This document shows positions 1 to 10,921 of a stretch of 64,000 nt of DNA, piece after piece. The notes under the pieces were generated by a model. The model did no database searches, was not told the DNA's origin, and saw nothing but the letters and a program-made list of their open reading frames with translations. The position numbers and the translations under genes were made by a program. How positions within the stretch are numbered: position 1 is the stretch's first letter; every line of letters begins with the position of its first letter. The DNA is from an uncultured Armatimonadetes bacterium (GTDB taxonomy: Bacteria > Armatimonadota > UBA5829 > DTJY01): the NCBI GenBank assembly GCA_963717145.1, contig OY970325.1, forward strand, positions 3,264,001 to 3,328,000. The letters are read 5' to 3'.

Positions 1-366
1 TATCGGGCGGGTGTGCCGGAGACGATCAACGCCCTGTACAACCTCCGAAACGTGGCCATCAGAGTGAAGACTGTGCTGGAGAAGGGCGACGTGAACGAGT
101 TCGCCGAACTGCTGAACCAGAACTGGAAGCACCAGAAGCAACTCGATGCCAGCGTGACCAACGAGCAGATCGATGAGCTGTTCGAGGAAGCCTTCAAGGC
201 CGGAGCAATCGGCGGGAAGGCATGTGGAGCGGGCGGTGGCGGCTGCGTGCTGTTCCTGGCGGAGCCGGATCGCCGCGCAGAAGTCGAACTCGTGGTGGAG
301 AAGCTCGGAAGCCGCCTGATCCCCTTCAAGTTCGAGTTCGATGGTCTCCAGGTAACTCAGGGATAG
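1..366 (+). CDS. GHMP-family sugar kinase, C-terminal part (HddA-like); 5' end lies outside the window
   Basis: Frame is open from base 1; GHMP C-terminal glycine loop GAIGGKACGAGGGGC; 'NWKHQKQLDASVTNEQID' resembles HddA. Confidence 0.8.
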   Translation, partial: YRAGVPETINALYNLRNVAIRVKTVLEKGDVNEFAELLNQNWKHQKQLDASVTNEQIDELFEEAFKAGAIGGKACGAGGGGCVLFLAEPDRRAEVELVVEKLGSRLIPFKFEFDGLQVTQG

Positions 367-386
367 GAACTGAGAACACGGATACA

Positions 387-419
387 AAAAGGGGACCTCC
401 CGACGGGAGGTCCCCTTTT
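387..419. terminator. Bidirectional intrinsic terminator between convergent genes
   Basis: AAAAGGGGACCTCCC-GAC-GGGAGGTCCCCTTTT, a perfect hairpin with A and T tails. Confidence 0.85.
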
Positions 420-442
420 CGTTACTCTATGTCAAGGTAGGA

Positions 443-1315
443 CTATGGCGGGTCTACGCCCCAGCCCTTCCAACCTTCTACTCTCCAGAACGTCCCATTC
501 AGCGACTGCTGCTGCCATGGGTCGCTCGCCGGATTCGGGATGTCGTAGCCCTTCACATGCCCGTCCGCGTACAGGACGTTGATACTATCGTTGTGCGCCA
601 ACTGAGCCTCAGGATCGGTCGCCCTGCATCCGGACGTGCCGTCCCAGACGAGCGGAGCATCCGAAACCTTGTCCGCCTCAGCGATAGTCTGCCCGGCGAT
701 CCTCTTCTGAATGCCGCTTGGGCCCTTCACCACCGCGTTGAAGAAGTAGGTGGTCGATAGATCGGTACCCTTGGCAAAATCGGGCTTCTGGATAGGGAGA
801 ACATCTCCTTTATCCTCTCCATAGCCCTTCTTCTTAGGAACCGCTGGCCCCCACTTGTTGGCGCCCCAGTTGACCACCTTGCCGGCACAGTTCCATTCGC
901 CGTTCACTGTGGTCGCAGGGCAGACGAAGATACCTTGAGTCTTCACGTACTGAAGCACAAGATTCTGGAGCCACATGGCATCGGAGTCGACTCCATTGAA
1001 TGACTTCCGGGTGTTGTTGTCGAACCACTCCATGGGGTTGATTGATGATACCAACTCGCCTTTGAAATCGGTATCGGCGTCAATCGCAGGACCGAACCCG
1101 GAGACCAGGGGGAACTTATCGTCCCAGTCACTGGTATAGTTGTTGATTGCCAGACCTATCTGGTGTAGATTGTTCGAACACGAACTCCTCTGAGCTGCCT
1201 GTCTCGCCCTTGCGAATACCGGGAACAGGATGGCTGCCAGGATCGCGATGATCGCGATGACAACCAGCAACTCGATGAGGGTGAAGCCCTTCTCGTTTCG
1301 CTTCATGCTCTGCAT
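443..1315 (-). CDS. Prepilin-type N-terminal methylation protein with DUF1559 domain and H-X9-DG motif
   Basis: [31 protein letters not shown]-x-x-N-L-x-Q-I-G; [24 protein letters not shown] before the ATG at 1315. Confidence 0.9.
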   Translation of the reverse strand: MQSMKRNEKGFTLIELLVVIAIIAILAAILFPVFARARQAAQRSSCSNNLHQIGLAINNYTSDWDDKFPLVSGFGPAIDADTDFKGELVSSINPMEWFDNNTRKSFNGVDSDAMWLQNLVLQYVKTQGIFVCPATTVNGEWNCAGKVVNWGANKWGPAVPKKKGYGEDKGDVLPIQKPDFAKGTDLSTTYFFNAVVKGPSGIQKRIAGQTIAEADKVSDAPLVWDGTSGCRATDPEAQLAHNDSINVLYADGHVKGYDIPNPASDPWQQQSLNGTFWRVEGWKGWGVDPP

Positions 1316-1633
1316 GATAGACACCTCCGAATAAGAAATAAGTATGATAACAGTGATGCAGAAGGTGATTCATCTGCGCAATTATACGAGCTATCGGCGT
1401 TCTCCTCCTTTCTGCACAAGATTGTTCGACGCTGCGCCCGTCTTCAGTCCGGAAATACCATTAGCGCGCTCGAACGTGTGCGTGTGAATCTGGTAATAAC
1501 TAAGTACTATGAAAGTGCAGTGGTTCCTGAGCCGGCTCTTCGTCCGGTTGCTTTGCCGTCCGGAAGGAATAGACGCTTGAGGTGGTTTCCTGATCCGGAT
1601 ACGGCTTGCAGGGCTTTCTCCTGCACAGTTTCA

Positions 1634-1662
1634 ATCCTACCATACATTTCCCGGTGTGTCAA
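1634..1662 (-). promoter_or_regulatory. Sigma70-type promoter
   Basis: TTGACA-17bp-TAGGAT on the minus strand. Confidence 0.7.
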
Positions 1663-1763
1663 CACATTTGAAAACGTTTTCTTTTTGTGCCAACGCACCG
1701 CCGCACGGGTACATTTGTTCGATCGATCCACCGTAAGATTCGACTGTGCGGGCAATGAATCCT

Positions 1764-2768
1764 TCAAAGCCGGCTTTCGGAACTGACAGAGTTCTCAAGG
1801 AACATCTCGCGGACCAGTTTCCCCGTTGCATCCATGTTGGCGCGCACGTAGACGCCGTTACCGGCCAATGCAGGCAGGGTCTCCGTCCGTATCGCGCTCT
1901 GTGGCAGCGAACGGATGAACTGCGCGAGACAAGCGAACTGCGCCGGAGACAGGTCACTCCGTATATCCGTTCTTATTTTATCCAAAATCTTCGGAGCCCT
2001 AAACATCACCAGGGGGTCCGCCAAGCGAGCCTTAGCCGCCCGAAAGAACTCCTGTTGGCGCTTTATTCGAACGAAATCGGAGTCACCGTCGCCGGTTTTC
2101 GACTGTCGGTATCGTACAAAACCGATTGCCTGCTCACCATTGAGCATCTGCTCGCCAGGCTTCAGGTGTATGTGGAGGTGACCCCAGTTGTCATCGTAGT
2201 CGAGCTGCTTGTCGACGTTGATCTTGAGTCCCCCAGCCATGTCGATCGCCGTCTGGAATGCTTCGAAACCGACCAGTACGTAGTGGTCGGGCTTGACCCC
2301 GAGAAAGCAATCTACGGCCTGACACGAGAGTTCCGGTCCGCCATAGGCATTGGCATAGCTGATCCGACGCTTGCCACGATAGCCGGGGATCTCGACAACC
2401 GTATCTCGCGGGATGGACAACAGATTGACGGCCTTGTTGCGAAAGTCGATTCTGGCCAGGATGTTGCTGTCCGTCCGTCCGGGAGTATCCACGACGCGGC
2501 CCTGGCGATCGCGGTCCACGTCGTGTCCCATGAACAGGATGTTGACTCCATCCTGCCCGGGGAACGCCTCGCTCGGCTCATCTATGCCGGCAAGAACGAT
2601 CTGAACGGTGTCATGGACTGTGGGGGACGCCTTGTAGAAGTAGACGCCGATGCCTGCTGCGGTGGCAACAAGGAGTACCAGTATGGACAGCGACAGCCGC
2701 ACATACCTGATGCGTCTCTTCCGACCAGGAGTCGCGCTGTCTAGTGGAGATCCGACTGGTTCGCCCAA
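1764..2768 (-). CDS. LCP (LytR-CpsA-Psr) family cell-wall polymer ligase
   Basis: N-terminal TM helix; NILFMGHD, GRTDSNIL, LSIPRDT, FVRYR, SDFVRIKRQQ motifs. Confidence 0.92.
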   Translation of the reverse strand: MGEPVGSPLDSATPGRKRRIRYVRLSLSILVLLVATAAGIGVYFYKASPTVHDTVQIVLAGIDEPSEAFPGQDGVNILFMGHDVDRDRQGRVVDTPGRTDSNILARIDFRNKAVNLLSIPRDTVVEIPGYRGKRRISYANAYGGPELSCQAVDCFLGVKPDHYVLVGFEAFQTAIDMAGGLKINVDKQLDYDDNWGHLHIHLKPGEQMLNGEQAIGFVRYRQSKTGDGDSDFVRIKRQQEFFRAAKARLADPLVMFRAPKILDKIRTDIRSDLSPAQFACLAQFIRSLPQSAIRTETLPALAGNGVYVRANMDATGKLVREMFLENSVSSESRL

Positions 2769-2829
2769 GAACTTGCCTACCTTCCGGCGCTTTCAGGATG
2801 CCATTTGCCCCTGGCTGCCGATACCGCCG

Positions 2830-2858
2830 ATTATAGCGGGCAAGCCTACAAGAGTCAA
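2830..2858 (-). promoter_or_regulatory. Sigma70-type promoter of the LCP gene
   Basis: TTGACT-17bp-TATAAT. Confidence 0.7.
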
Positions 2859-2914
2859 GCAAACGTTTGTTCTGTTTGGTTGTCAAGGTACTTGAAAAGG
2901 GTCCTTTGTCCATG

Positions 2915-2942
2915 CTATCGGCATCTTTTCGAGGAATCTTTA
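2915..2942 (-). promoter_or_regulatory. Sigma28 (FliA/WhiG)-type promoter upstream of the LCP gene
   Basis: TAAA-16bp-GCCGATAG. Confidence 0.55.
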
Positions 2943-3079
2943 GGGTCGACGGACGGTGGCGATAGACAACACGGAGCGAGTATTCGAGTGAGCCGTTGGT
3001 TATCCATTGGAATCGCGCGAATATCTACAAAAGGCTGCGGCGCGATTAGGGCAACTTTCAAATTCTTTCACAACTTCCC

Positions 3080-3108
3080 TTTACAACCTCGCTCGCGCGT
3101 GCTAAACT
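3080..3108 (+). promoter_or_regulatory. Sigma70-type promoter with extended -10
   Basis: TTTACA-17bp-TAAACT preceded by TGn. Confidence 0.6.
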
Positions 3109-3269
3109 ATGGATGATGATGCGGTTTCATCAGACAGGGTAGTCCGTTCTGCCCCGCAGTACTGCCGCTGAGGCGGCCGCATGCGCTATCGGTTTACGAT
3201 AGCGAACCTCGCGTCACCCGACCACGGGGTTACTGCCCTCATGAGAAACAGAAGGAGCGCGTACTCCCG

Positions 3270-3812
3270 GTGAAAGTCGTTGAGATCTTATTCTACGACA
3301 GAAACAGGGTCAAGCTGGTCGTCGAGATGTCGGATCCGGCCCGATACTCGACGGAGCATGCGCCCCACATCCCTCGCTTGCTCTTTAAGCTCTTTCCTCA
3401 CCTGGCTAGACACCGCTGTGATAACGACAACGGGTACACATTCAAGAAGGAATGCCGCGCCACGGAGATACCGCACCTCTTCGAGCACCTGATTATCGAG
3501 CTTCAGGGCCAGGTCCAGAGGTCTCGAATCCTCAAAGGCGAAACCCAGTGGAACTGGCGGATCGACCCCCGAGGGCGCTTCCACGTCTACGTGGACTACG
3601 AGAACGAGCTGCTCGTGCTCGGTGCGATCAGGCTCGCGGAGAGGGTCATCAACGCGCTCGACGACCGGGTGATCGATCATCTGGACATGGAGAAGGAACT
3701 GGGGAAGCTGAAGGCCCTCGCCGATATGGGGAACACCGACAAAGTGGCCACTGCAGACGAGGCCACGGCTTCTCAACGCGTCTCCGAGGCGGCGCGAGCC
3801 GCCATGCAATAG
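3270..3812 (+). CDS. Stand-alone cyanophycin synthetase N-terminal-domain-like protein
   Basis: Aligns by eye to the CphA N domain: LFPHLARHRC...F...T.IPHLFEHLIIELQ...GET...GRFHVYVDYENE; AAGGAG RBS. Confidence 0.75.
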   Translation: MKVVEILFYDRNRVKLVVEMSDPARYSTEHAPHIPRLLFKLFPHLARHRCDNDNGYTFKKECRATEIPHLFEHLIIELQGQVQRSRILKGETQWNWRIDPRGRFHVYVDYENELLVLGAIRLAERVINALDDRVIDHLDMEKELGKLKALADMGNTDKVATADEATASQRVSEAARAAMQ

Positions 3813-4010
3813 GCGTGCAGGCCCCCTATCTGCGCCCCTCCTTACGAAGGAGGGGCCGGCCAGCAGGCCGGGGGAGGTTCCCTTGGCGATCTTGGCGGTT
3901 CCATCTCCCAGGCCGCGACGCAGAACCCCCCTCGGCCCAGAGGCGTCGAGAGACGCCGGAGGCCGTCCTCGGACGGACGCAGAGGCCGGTCCCCCATCGT
4001 AAGAGGGACG

Positions 4011-7000
4011 CTATGGCAGCAGAGACACTGCGAAGTTGCCCTTGACCTGATCGCCCTTTCGGAGCACGACCTGGCCCATGCGGCACTGATTCAGTACGTG
4101 AAGCTTGGCCCCTCCGTCCATGAGCGCCGGGCGAACGTGGGCGTCTTTGTCCGAGTCCACTCGGATCCCCGCGCCGGATGGTGAGACGAGCGACGCCTCG
4201 TAGATGTTGAACTTGATCGAGCGGAAGTCGGCCGTACCCATCTCGGTCTCATCGAGCGACCAGGGCCATTCCGGCTCCACGTTCCAACGCTCCTTGCCCC
4301 ACCTCTTGTCTCGATGCGCCTTCGCAGAGCCCTCAGTCCGGCTGATGCTCGCCTCGGGGTAGACGCCCCATTCCGACCATCGTCGCCAGTTGACCTCGTC
4401 GCATTCGGGCTTGAGCAGGAATTCGATACCCGCCTCGCGGGTGTTCGTCTCCTCGCCGGAATAGGTGTAGTCGCAGGAGACCCTGCCCGCTCCCTTGCGG
4501 TCGATCAGCCACGTGACCGATCCGGCGAAGTCCTGGTAGTGGTCACGGATGGTCAGCTTCAGGCCTTCGGGCACTTCCTCAATATCGGTTCCGTCGATCA
4601 CACGGGTTGCTGAGTCCGGAAGGTCAGCATAGTGCTGGGCGTTTCCCCCACTGAGCGCCGCGAGGTCACCGAAATCGTAGCGAGTGACATGGACTGCCGG
4701 GAACTTCATCAGCGCCGACGTGCCCTTCAGCTCGCCGGATGCCTTGTCGAGTGTCAGCGAGAAGCCCTCACCCTCGATGGAGACGACTTTGCCGTCATCC
4801 TGCCATTTCGGAGCGCCGGACGGCATGGGGATTACATGAGGCTTCTCCTGCCCCAGCGCGAGTTCCAGCGCACTGATCAGATCGGTCCGCGCATCGAATG
4901 CCCGGAGGATGAGCTTCTCGCCCTCCGCGGTCCCCTGAGGGATCGGGATCTCGATCGCACCCTTAGAGGCGGGCGCGAGGCTCACGGGGACCGCACCCTT
5001 GCTCCGGCCAATCTCCCACTCGAACCTGAGTGCGTCGAGGTTAGCGAAGGAGTACCGGTTCTCGACTGGAATCCTGACCACGGTCTGGCCCGGCTTGAAG
5101 TCCACATGCCGCTCGGGAAACCAGACCGGGCTGAAGATCAGCTTGGCCAGCCACCACTCGGGCTTCGGACGACGCCACCCGTCGATCAAGCCCCAGAAGC
5201 CGTGGACCCATGCATAGCCGACATGCTTGCCGCCCTCGAAGTAGAACGGCTCGTCGATCTCCGCCCATATCGCCGCGCCGATCACTCGATCCGAGTTCAC
5301 GATGCTCGACCAGACGCCGGGCCGCGCGCCGGGCTTCAGGAACGAGGTGTCGTAACTCGCAGAGTGCGCCTTCGCGAAGTCGGAATCCGGGTCGCTCTGC
5401 CCCATGCCCCACAATTCGCGGAGGCCCGGATTGATGCGCACGTCGGTCTGCTCGTGGCAGACGGGGAAGTAGTACTCGCCGAGGAGGATCGGCCGCGGAT
5501 CGCTCTTGTCGAGGTTGTCATAGGGCATCGACGGGTAGTGGAAGTTCACTATGTCGCAGATCCGCTTCGGGTCGGGATTGTTAAAGGTCGTCGGGCGAGT
5601 CGGATCCAGTTCCTTGATCAGCGCATTCGAGTGCTCGAACGCCTCGTTGAAGCTCGACTCGTTGGCGATCGACCAGATCACGATGCTGGGATGGGTGTGG
5701 TGGTAGTCGACCATCGCGGAGGTCGGCGTGAGGACCTCCACGGCATCCGTGAGGCCGTCGGTCGCTCCCACCCAGCAGAACGGCGCTTCGCACTCCACGT
5801 ACACGCCATACCGGTCGCAGGCGTCGAGCAGTTCCTGGGTCGGCGGATAGTGCGACGTGCGCAGGTAGTTCAGGTTCGCGCCCTTCAGCATCCTGACGTC
5901 CTGTACGGCGCGACGCATCGTGTCCGCGCGGCCTGTGAGCGGGTCGTGCTCGTGATGACACGCGCCCGCGAGCTTGACCCGCGCGCCGTTGACGTAGAGC
6001 TGCTCGCCTTTGACCTCGATCTCACGGAAGCCGACGTTTCGCTCGATCCGCTCCAGAAGCTTGCCGTCCTGTTTCAGTTCGAGGACGAGTTGATAGAGGT
6101 TCGGCTGCTCGGCATTCCACTTCAGTGGATTGGAGACATGCGCCGCGAGATCCGATTTGCCCGCACCGATCGTCCATTTCGACTGAGACAGCTCGACCGG
6201 CTTCCCCTGAGCATCTCGGAGCGACATCGTCAGTTCGGCGCCCTGCGGATTTTCGACGGTCAAGTCTACGCGCAGGTTGGCGCCACGGTAATCCTTGTCG
6301 AGGTCGGTGCTGATGTGCATGTCCCTGATGAGCGTCTTGGGCAGAGCGAAGAGTCTCACCGAGCGGTCGATCCCGCCGAGGTTGTGGAACGCGTAACCCG
6401 AGGAGTAAGACAGCCTTTCGGAGGTGGTCGCCACGGTCATATTCAGGTCGAGGCGGTTCACCTCGCCAGGTTTCGCCGTGTCCGTGATCTCCCACTCCAC
6501 CGGCGTGAAGAGGTTCTCGCTGTACCCCAGATCTTTGCCGTTGAGTTTGTAATTCGTGCCGGCGTGTATGGCGTCGAACCGGAGCATGATGCGGTATCCG
6601 GCCCACTCCTTCGGGATGGCGAATTCGTGCGCAACCGCGACCGGCTTCTCCTGCGGGATATCGTATCCCTGCTGCAGCCACTGCCCGGGGACCTTGAAGT
6701 CGCCCCATTTGCCGTCGCCCGGGTTGATCTTCCAGACGCCGTCGAGCAGCATCACGTTGCTCTCGAGGTTGGCGGTCCGCGTCGGTATCGGTCGGTATCG
6801 GACCGGATCGAAGAATACGTTCTCTGCCTTCACCATCCTGCTGATCTCCTTGCCGTCGTAAGTCGCCGTGATCTGTATGTCGCCGCCTCCGAGGCTCTCG
6901 ACAGCCTTTCGGTCGAAATTGAAGTCGCCGTTGGAGTCGGTCGTCGCGGTGAGCTGCTTCCCGGCGCGTGACAGGCGCACATCGACGCCCGGAAGGCCGT

Positions 7001-7598
7001 CGTATGCGAGATCGAGAGCACGCCCGGTAAGGTTCGAGCGGAGGCCTGATACGTCGCTCAATCGCGCTGTGACCGGCGGAGGAGCGCTCGCCCAGATCTC
7101 GATGATCGAGCAGGTGGCGTTCACGTCGCCGTGGATCTTCAGTTCGAGCTTCATCTTGCCATCCTGCGTGACCTCGCGCGGGAGCTTCATGATGAGCCGC
7201 ACCGCCTTCGCCTTCGGGAGCGCATACGGATCGTGGAGTTGGATGCCGTCGGCCCAGAGGCTCTGGACGCGGTTGTAGACGTGATCGCTCGCGTAGGTCA
7301 CGGCGATGACGTAATCGAGCTTCGGGTCGAGGTCGTCGTAGTTCGCCTTGACCTGGCTGTAGCTGAAGACCGCCGAGCGCGACTTCAGGTCGGCATCGGT
7401 ATCGCTCAGGTTGAAGGTCCAGACGTAGCTGTCGGTCATGTCCACGTGCGGCTGACGTGCCAGGACGCCGCAGTCGTCGTATGCGTAGAGATGGTAACCG
7501 GCGGGCACGGAGTCGATGGTGTAAGACATCGAAGGACCTCCCTGGGCAAGGACGCTCGAAGCGCTAAGGATCAGGAAACAGGCAAGTGTTCGGAACAT
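4011..7598 (-). CDS. Glycoside hydrolase family 2 (beta-galactosidase-like), secreted
   Basis: Signal peptide; VGFREIEV, NYLRTSHYP, HPSIVIWSIANES (acid/base), GEY (nucleophile), WGLIDGWRRPKP. Confidence 0.9.
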   Translation of the reverse strand: MFRTLACFLILSASSVLAQGGPSMSYTIDSVPAGYHLYAYDDCGVLARQPHVDMTDSYVWTFNLSDTDADLKSRSAVFSYSQVKANYDDLDPKLDYVIAVTYASDHVYNRVQSLWADGIQLHDPYALPKAKAVRLIMKLPREVTQDGKMKLELKIHGDVNATCSIIEIWASAPPPVTARLSDVSGLRSNLTGRALDLAYDGLPGVDVRLSRAGKQLTATTDSNGDFNFDRKAVESLGGGDIQITATYDGKEISRMVKAENVFFDPVRYRPIPTRTANLESNVMLLDGVWKINPGDGKWGDFKVPGQWLQQGYDIPQEKPVAVAHEFAIPKEWAGYRIMLRFDAIHAGTNYKLNGKDLGYSENLFTPVEWEITDTAKPGEVNRLDLNMTVATTSERLSYSSGYAFHNLGGIDRSVRLFALPKTLIRDMHISTDLDKDYRGANLRVDLTVENPQGAELTMSLRDAQGKPVELSQSKWTIGAGKSDLAAHVSNPLKWNAEQPNLYQLVLELKQDGKLLERIERNVGFREIEVKGEQLYVNGARVKLAGACHHEHDPLTGRADTMRRAVQDVRMLKGANLNYLRTSHYPPTQELLDACDRYGVYVECEAPFCWVGATDGLTDAVEVLTPTSAMVDYHHTHPSIVIWSIANESSFNEAFEHSNALIKELDPTRPTTFNNPDPKRICDIVNFHYPSMPYDNLDKSDPRPILLGEYYFPVCHEQTDVRINPGLRELWGMGQSDPDSDFAKAHSASYDTSFLKPGARPGVWSSIVNSDRVIGAAIWAEIDEPFYFEGGKHVGYAWVHGFWGLIDGWRRPKPEWWLAKLIFSPVWFPERHVDFKPGQTVVRIPVENRYSFANLDALRFEWEIGRSKGAVPVSLAPASKGAIEIPIPQGTAEGEKLILRAFDARTDLISALELALGQEKPHVIPMPSGAPKWQDDGKVVSIEGEGFSLTLDKASGELKGTSALMKFPAVHVTRYDFGDLAALSGGNAQHYADLPDSATRVIDGTDIEEVPEGLKLTIRDHYQDFAGSVTWLIDRKGAGRVSCDYTYSGEETNTREAGIEFLLKPECDEVNWRRWSEWGVYPEASISRTEGSAKAHRDKRWGKERWNVEPEWPWSLDETEMGTADFRSIKFNIYEASLVSPSGAGIRVDSDKDAHVRPALMDGGAKLHVLNQCRMGQVVLRKGDQVKGNFAVSLLP

Positions 7599-7801
7599 AG
7601 TCACATCCACGTCATAGGATATAGAATCTCGGCGTTACCTTATCACATGACGGGACTCTGGTCAACAGTGCGTGGTATAATGGGCCGACCGACACATGGA
7701 CCTACCGACAACGAATATCGAACGAATAAACGAATGACCTATCGGCGGGCGATTCGTTTATTCGTTTGAGCATTCGTTGTCGGTCGACTTGGGGAGAACA
7801 C

Positions 7802-10800
7802 ATGAAACGCTGGATCGTCGTAGTTGCCATCCTTGCATGCGCATTGTCTCTTGCCGCTCAGGAGCCGAGTTGGAAGACGCTGGAGAGGCAGTTCCGCGAG
7901 ATGCCGATGGAGGCGCGTCGGCTCACCGGGCCGCTGTTCTGGCTTCACGGCGACGCCAACGAAACCAAGGAGCGGCTCGAGTTGTACCTCGGCAAGGTCG
8001 CGGAGGGAGACAACGGGAGCTTCTGCGCGGAATCCCGCCCGCATTCCGACTGGCTCGGCCCTCGGTGGTTCGATGACCTCGATATCTGTCTCCAAGCCGC
8101 GAAGAAACTCGATCTGAAGATGTGGATCTTCGACGAGAAGTGGTGGCCGAGTCAGACGGTGGACGGCAAGGTCCCTCCCGAGTATGCCGCGAAGAAGCTG
8201 GAGGCGTCGGCGTCCGTGGTCGACGGCCCGACGCACGTGTCCGAGTCGGGCTTCCGCGAGCACTTTGTGGCGGCGATCGCCGGGAAGCTCATCGGCGAGG
8301 CGGTTGATCCGAACTCGCTCATCGACCTGAAGCCGTTCATCAAGGACGGCGCGCTCAACTGGGATGCGCCCGAGGGCAGGTGGCAGATCATGAAGTTCAC
8401 CTGGACACAGGCGCCGCCCGCGCAGCAGAGGCCGCAGTTGATCGTCGACGGCGCGAGCAAGGACTGCGTGGATTGGTTCCTCAAGACGGTCTACCAGCCG
8501 CACTACGACCGGTTCAAGGACGACTTCGGCAAGACGATCGTCGGGTTCTTCTACGACGAGCCGGAGACCCAGGGCGATTGGGGCACGGAACTGAGCGCGA
8601 CGTTCTCCGAGCGTGGGATCGACGAGAAGAAGGCGCTCGTGGCCTGGAAGTTCAAGCTCGCGGGCGAGGAGCAGACCGCCGCGCGGTATGCCTACATCGA
8701 TGCGCTGGGTGAGACCTGGGGCCGGACGATGTACGGCGGCACCCTCAAATGGTGTGAGGATCGAGGCGTCTCGTTCATCGGCCACTTCATGGAGCACAAC
8801 GGCCTCTACCTCAAGCATGGGCTCGGCGCGATCAACCTCTTCCAGATGCAGAAGTACAACTCGATGGGCGGCATGGACCTGGTCGTCCAGCAACTCTGGC
8901 CCGGAGAGCGCAGGGACGGGATCTATCAACTTCCGAAGCTGACCAGCTCGATCTCGCACGCATACGGCAAGAAGGATGACCTGGCGATGACCGAGATCTT
9001 CGGCGCATACGGCCAGGGGATCACCTACCCGCAGATGAAGTGGCTCGCGGACTGGCATCAGGTGCGCGGGGTGAACTTCATGATCCCACATTCGATGAAC
9101 CCGAAGGCACCGAACGATACCGACTGCCCACCTTACTTCTACGCCGACGACGCCGAGCCCCGATGGCCGCTCTATCGCGTCTGGTCCGATTACAACAACC
9201 GCCTGAGCCTGATGCTCACCGGCGGGAAGCACGTCTGCCCGATCGCCTTCCTGTTCTGCGGGGAGAGCACCTACGTCGGGAAGGCGGTCACCCCTGAGGA
9301 CATGACCACGACGATCCAGGACGCGCTCTACGACTGCGACTGGCTGCCATATGAAGTCTTCGAGGGCGACATGGAGGTCACGGGCAGGGAACTCGCGCTG
9401 CGGGATGAGCGGTACAAAGTGCTGATGGTGCCGCCGGTCGAAGCGATCCCCTACCCCACGCTCGTCAAGGTCAAGGAGTTTTTCGACGCCGGCGGAGTTG
9501 TCGTCGGCTACGACTTCCTTCCGAGCAAGTCGGCCACCAGCGGACGAACGATCGAGCCCCTCGTCAACTCGATCTGGGGATCCCGGGAGCCCGCATTGGC
9601 CGTGAAGAGGACGAACGGCAAGTTGGGCCGATCCTATCTACTGCCGGCGGACATCACTCCCAAGGAGTTCGCACGGGTGCTTGCGGATTTCCCAGGAGTC
9701 CCGCCGGTGATCGAGGTCGTCGAGGGCAAGACGGACAACTGGCTGCACGTGCTCCACCGTGTCAAATCCGGACGTGACGTCTACCTGATCTGCAACCAGC
9801 AGCACGAGGGAGAGGCCAAGCGTTTCCGTCTGCAGGCTGCTTGCGACGGATGGCCCGAGCGCTGGGACCCGATGCGCAATGAGGTCACGAGTGTGCCCAC
9901 TGAAACTGATGAGCATGGAGCAACGACATTCGAACTGACGCTTGAGCCGATGGAGAGCGCGCTGATCGTCTTCACCCGCGACGGCGGACCAGACAGGCCG
10001 CGCGCGATCACCTACTCGCAGCCGAAGTCGGTTATCCCCGTCACCCGCACGAACCCCGCCGGGCCGGAGGTCCGAGACTCGTCGCAGGATTTGTTCGAGT
10101 GCCCCTGGGTCTGGTACCCGGAGGGCGACCCTCGGGACAATGCATTCCCCGGCACACGGTGGTTCCGGACCGAGATCGAGATCCCGGCGGGACGGACGAT
10201 CACACAGGGGCGATTCCTCATCAGCGCCGACAACGAGTTCGTCTTGTACGTCAATGGAAAGCGCGCCGGGGCGAGTATCGCGGGCGGCGATTCATGGAAG
10301 ACGCCGCGCGACCTCCAGATCAAGAGGCTCCTGAAGCCGGGTGTGAACGTGCTTGCGATTGCGGCGACCAACGGCTCGGATGAGCCGAATCCCGCGGGAC
10401 TCATTGGCCGCTACTGGATCGGCCTCGATCAGGGCTCGCCGATCGAGGGACGGATCGATCGCACGTGGAGATGCTCCAACGTCGAGGTAAAGGGTCTGGC
10501 ACATCGCGGGATTCGATGCCAAGGGATGGCAGCCTGCGAAGGAGATCGCGAAGTACGGCGATGCTCCGTGGGGCATGGTCAGTCAGCGGATCAGCCCGGC
10601 GGACCCGTTCGTCGGCAAATGCACGGTGGGTTCGAAGGTGGACCTCAAACGCTCTCGCGTCTATCTCGAGATGGATGGAGTCCGCGAGGGGGCAAGCGTC
10701 AAGGTCAACGGCGTATTCGCGGGCGGAGTGATCGGCAAGCCGTTCCGCCTGGAGGTGTCGAAGTTCCTCCGACTCGGCGCGAACACGATCGAGATCGAGC

Positions 10801-10838
10801 CCTACGCGCCGGAGTCGGTACGCCTGGCGGTATACTGA
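7802..10838 (+). CDS. GH106 / alpha-L-rhamnosidase-like glycosyl hydrolase; single frameshift near 10496, probably an assembly error
   Basis: Signal peptide; WIFDEKWWPS, FFYDEP, EIFGAYG, RGVNFMIPH; C-terminal ISADNEFVLYVNG; continues in the frame of ORF 10575..10838. Confidence 0.75.
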
Positions 10839-10921
10839 GACCGGCTGCAGGGAACGTGCCGCCGTCCCGTTCCGCCGGCGGCGCAAACACAACGTTCGTG
10901 CCGGAGTTGTACTCCGGCACG

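Noticed and set aside
1555-1576. SRP RNA (TCCGGAAGGA tetraloop)
   Set aside because: The conserved CAGG/AGCA symmetric loop is absent
1530-1600. c-di-GMP-I riboswitch upstream of the pilin (GGACGGCAAAGC)
   Set aside because: No GAAA-tetraloop P1 or receptor-containing P2; only a partial word match
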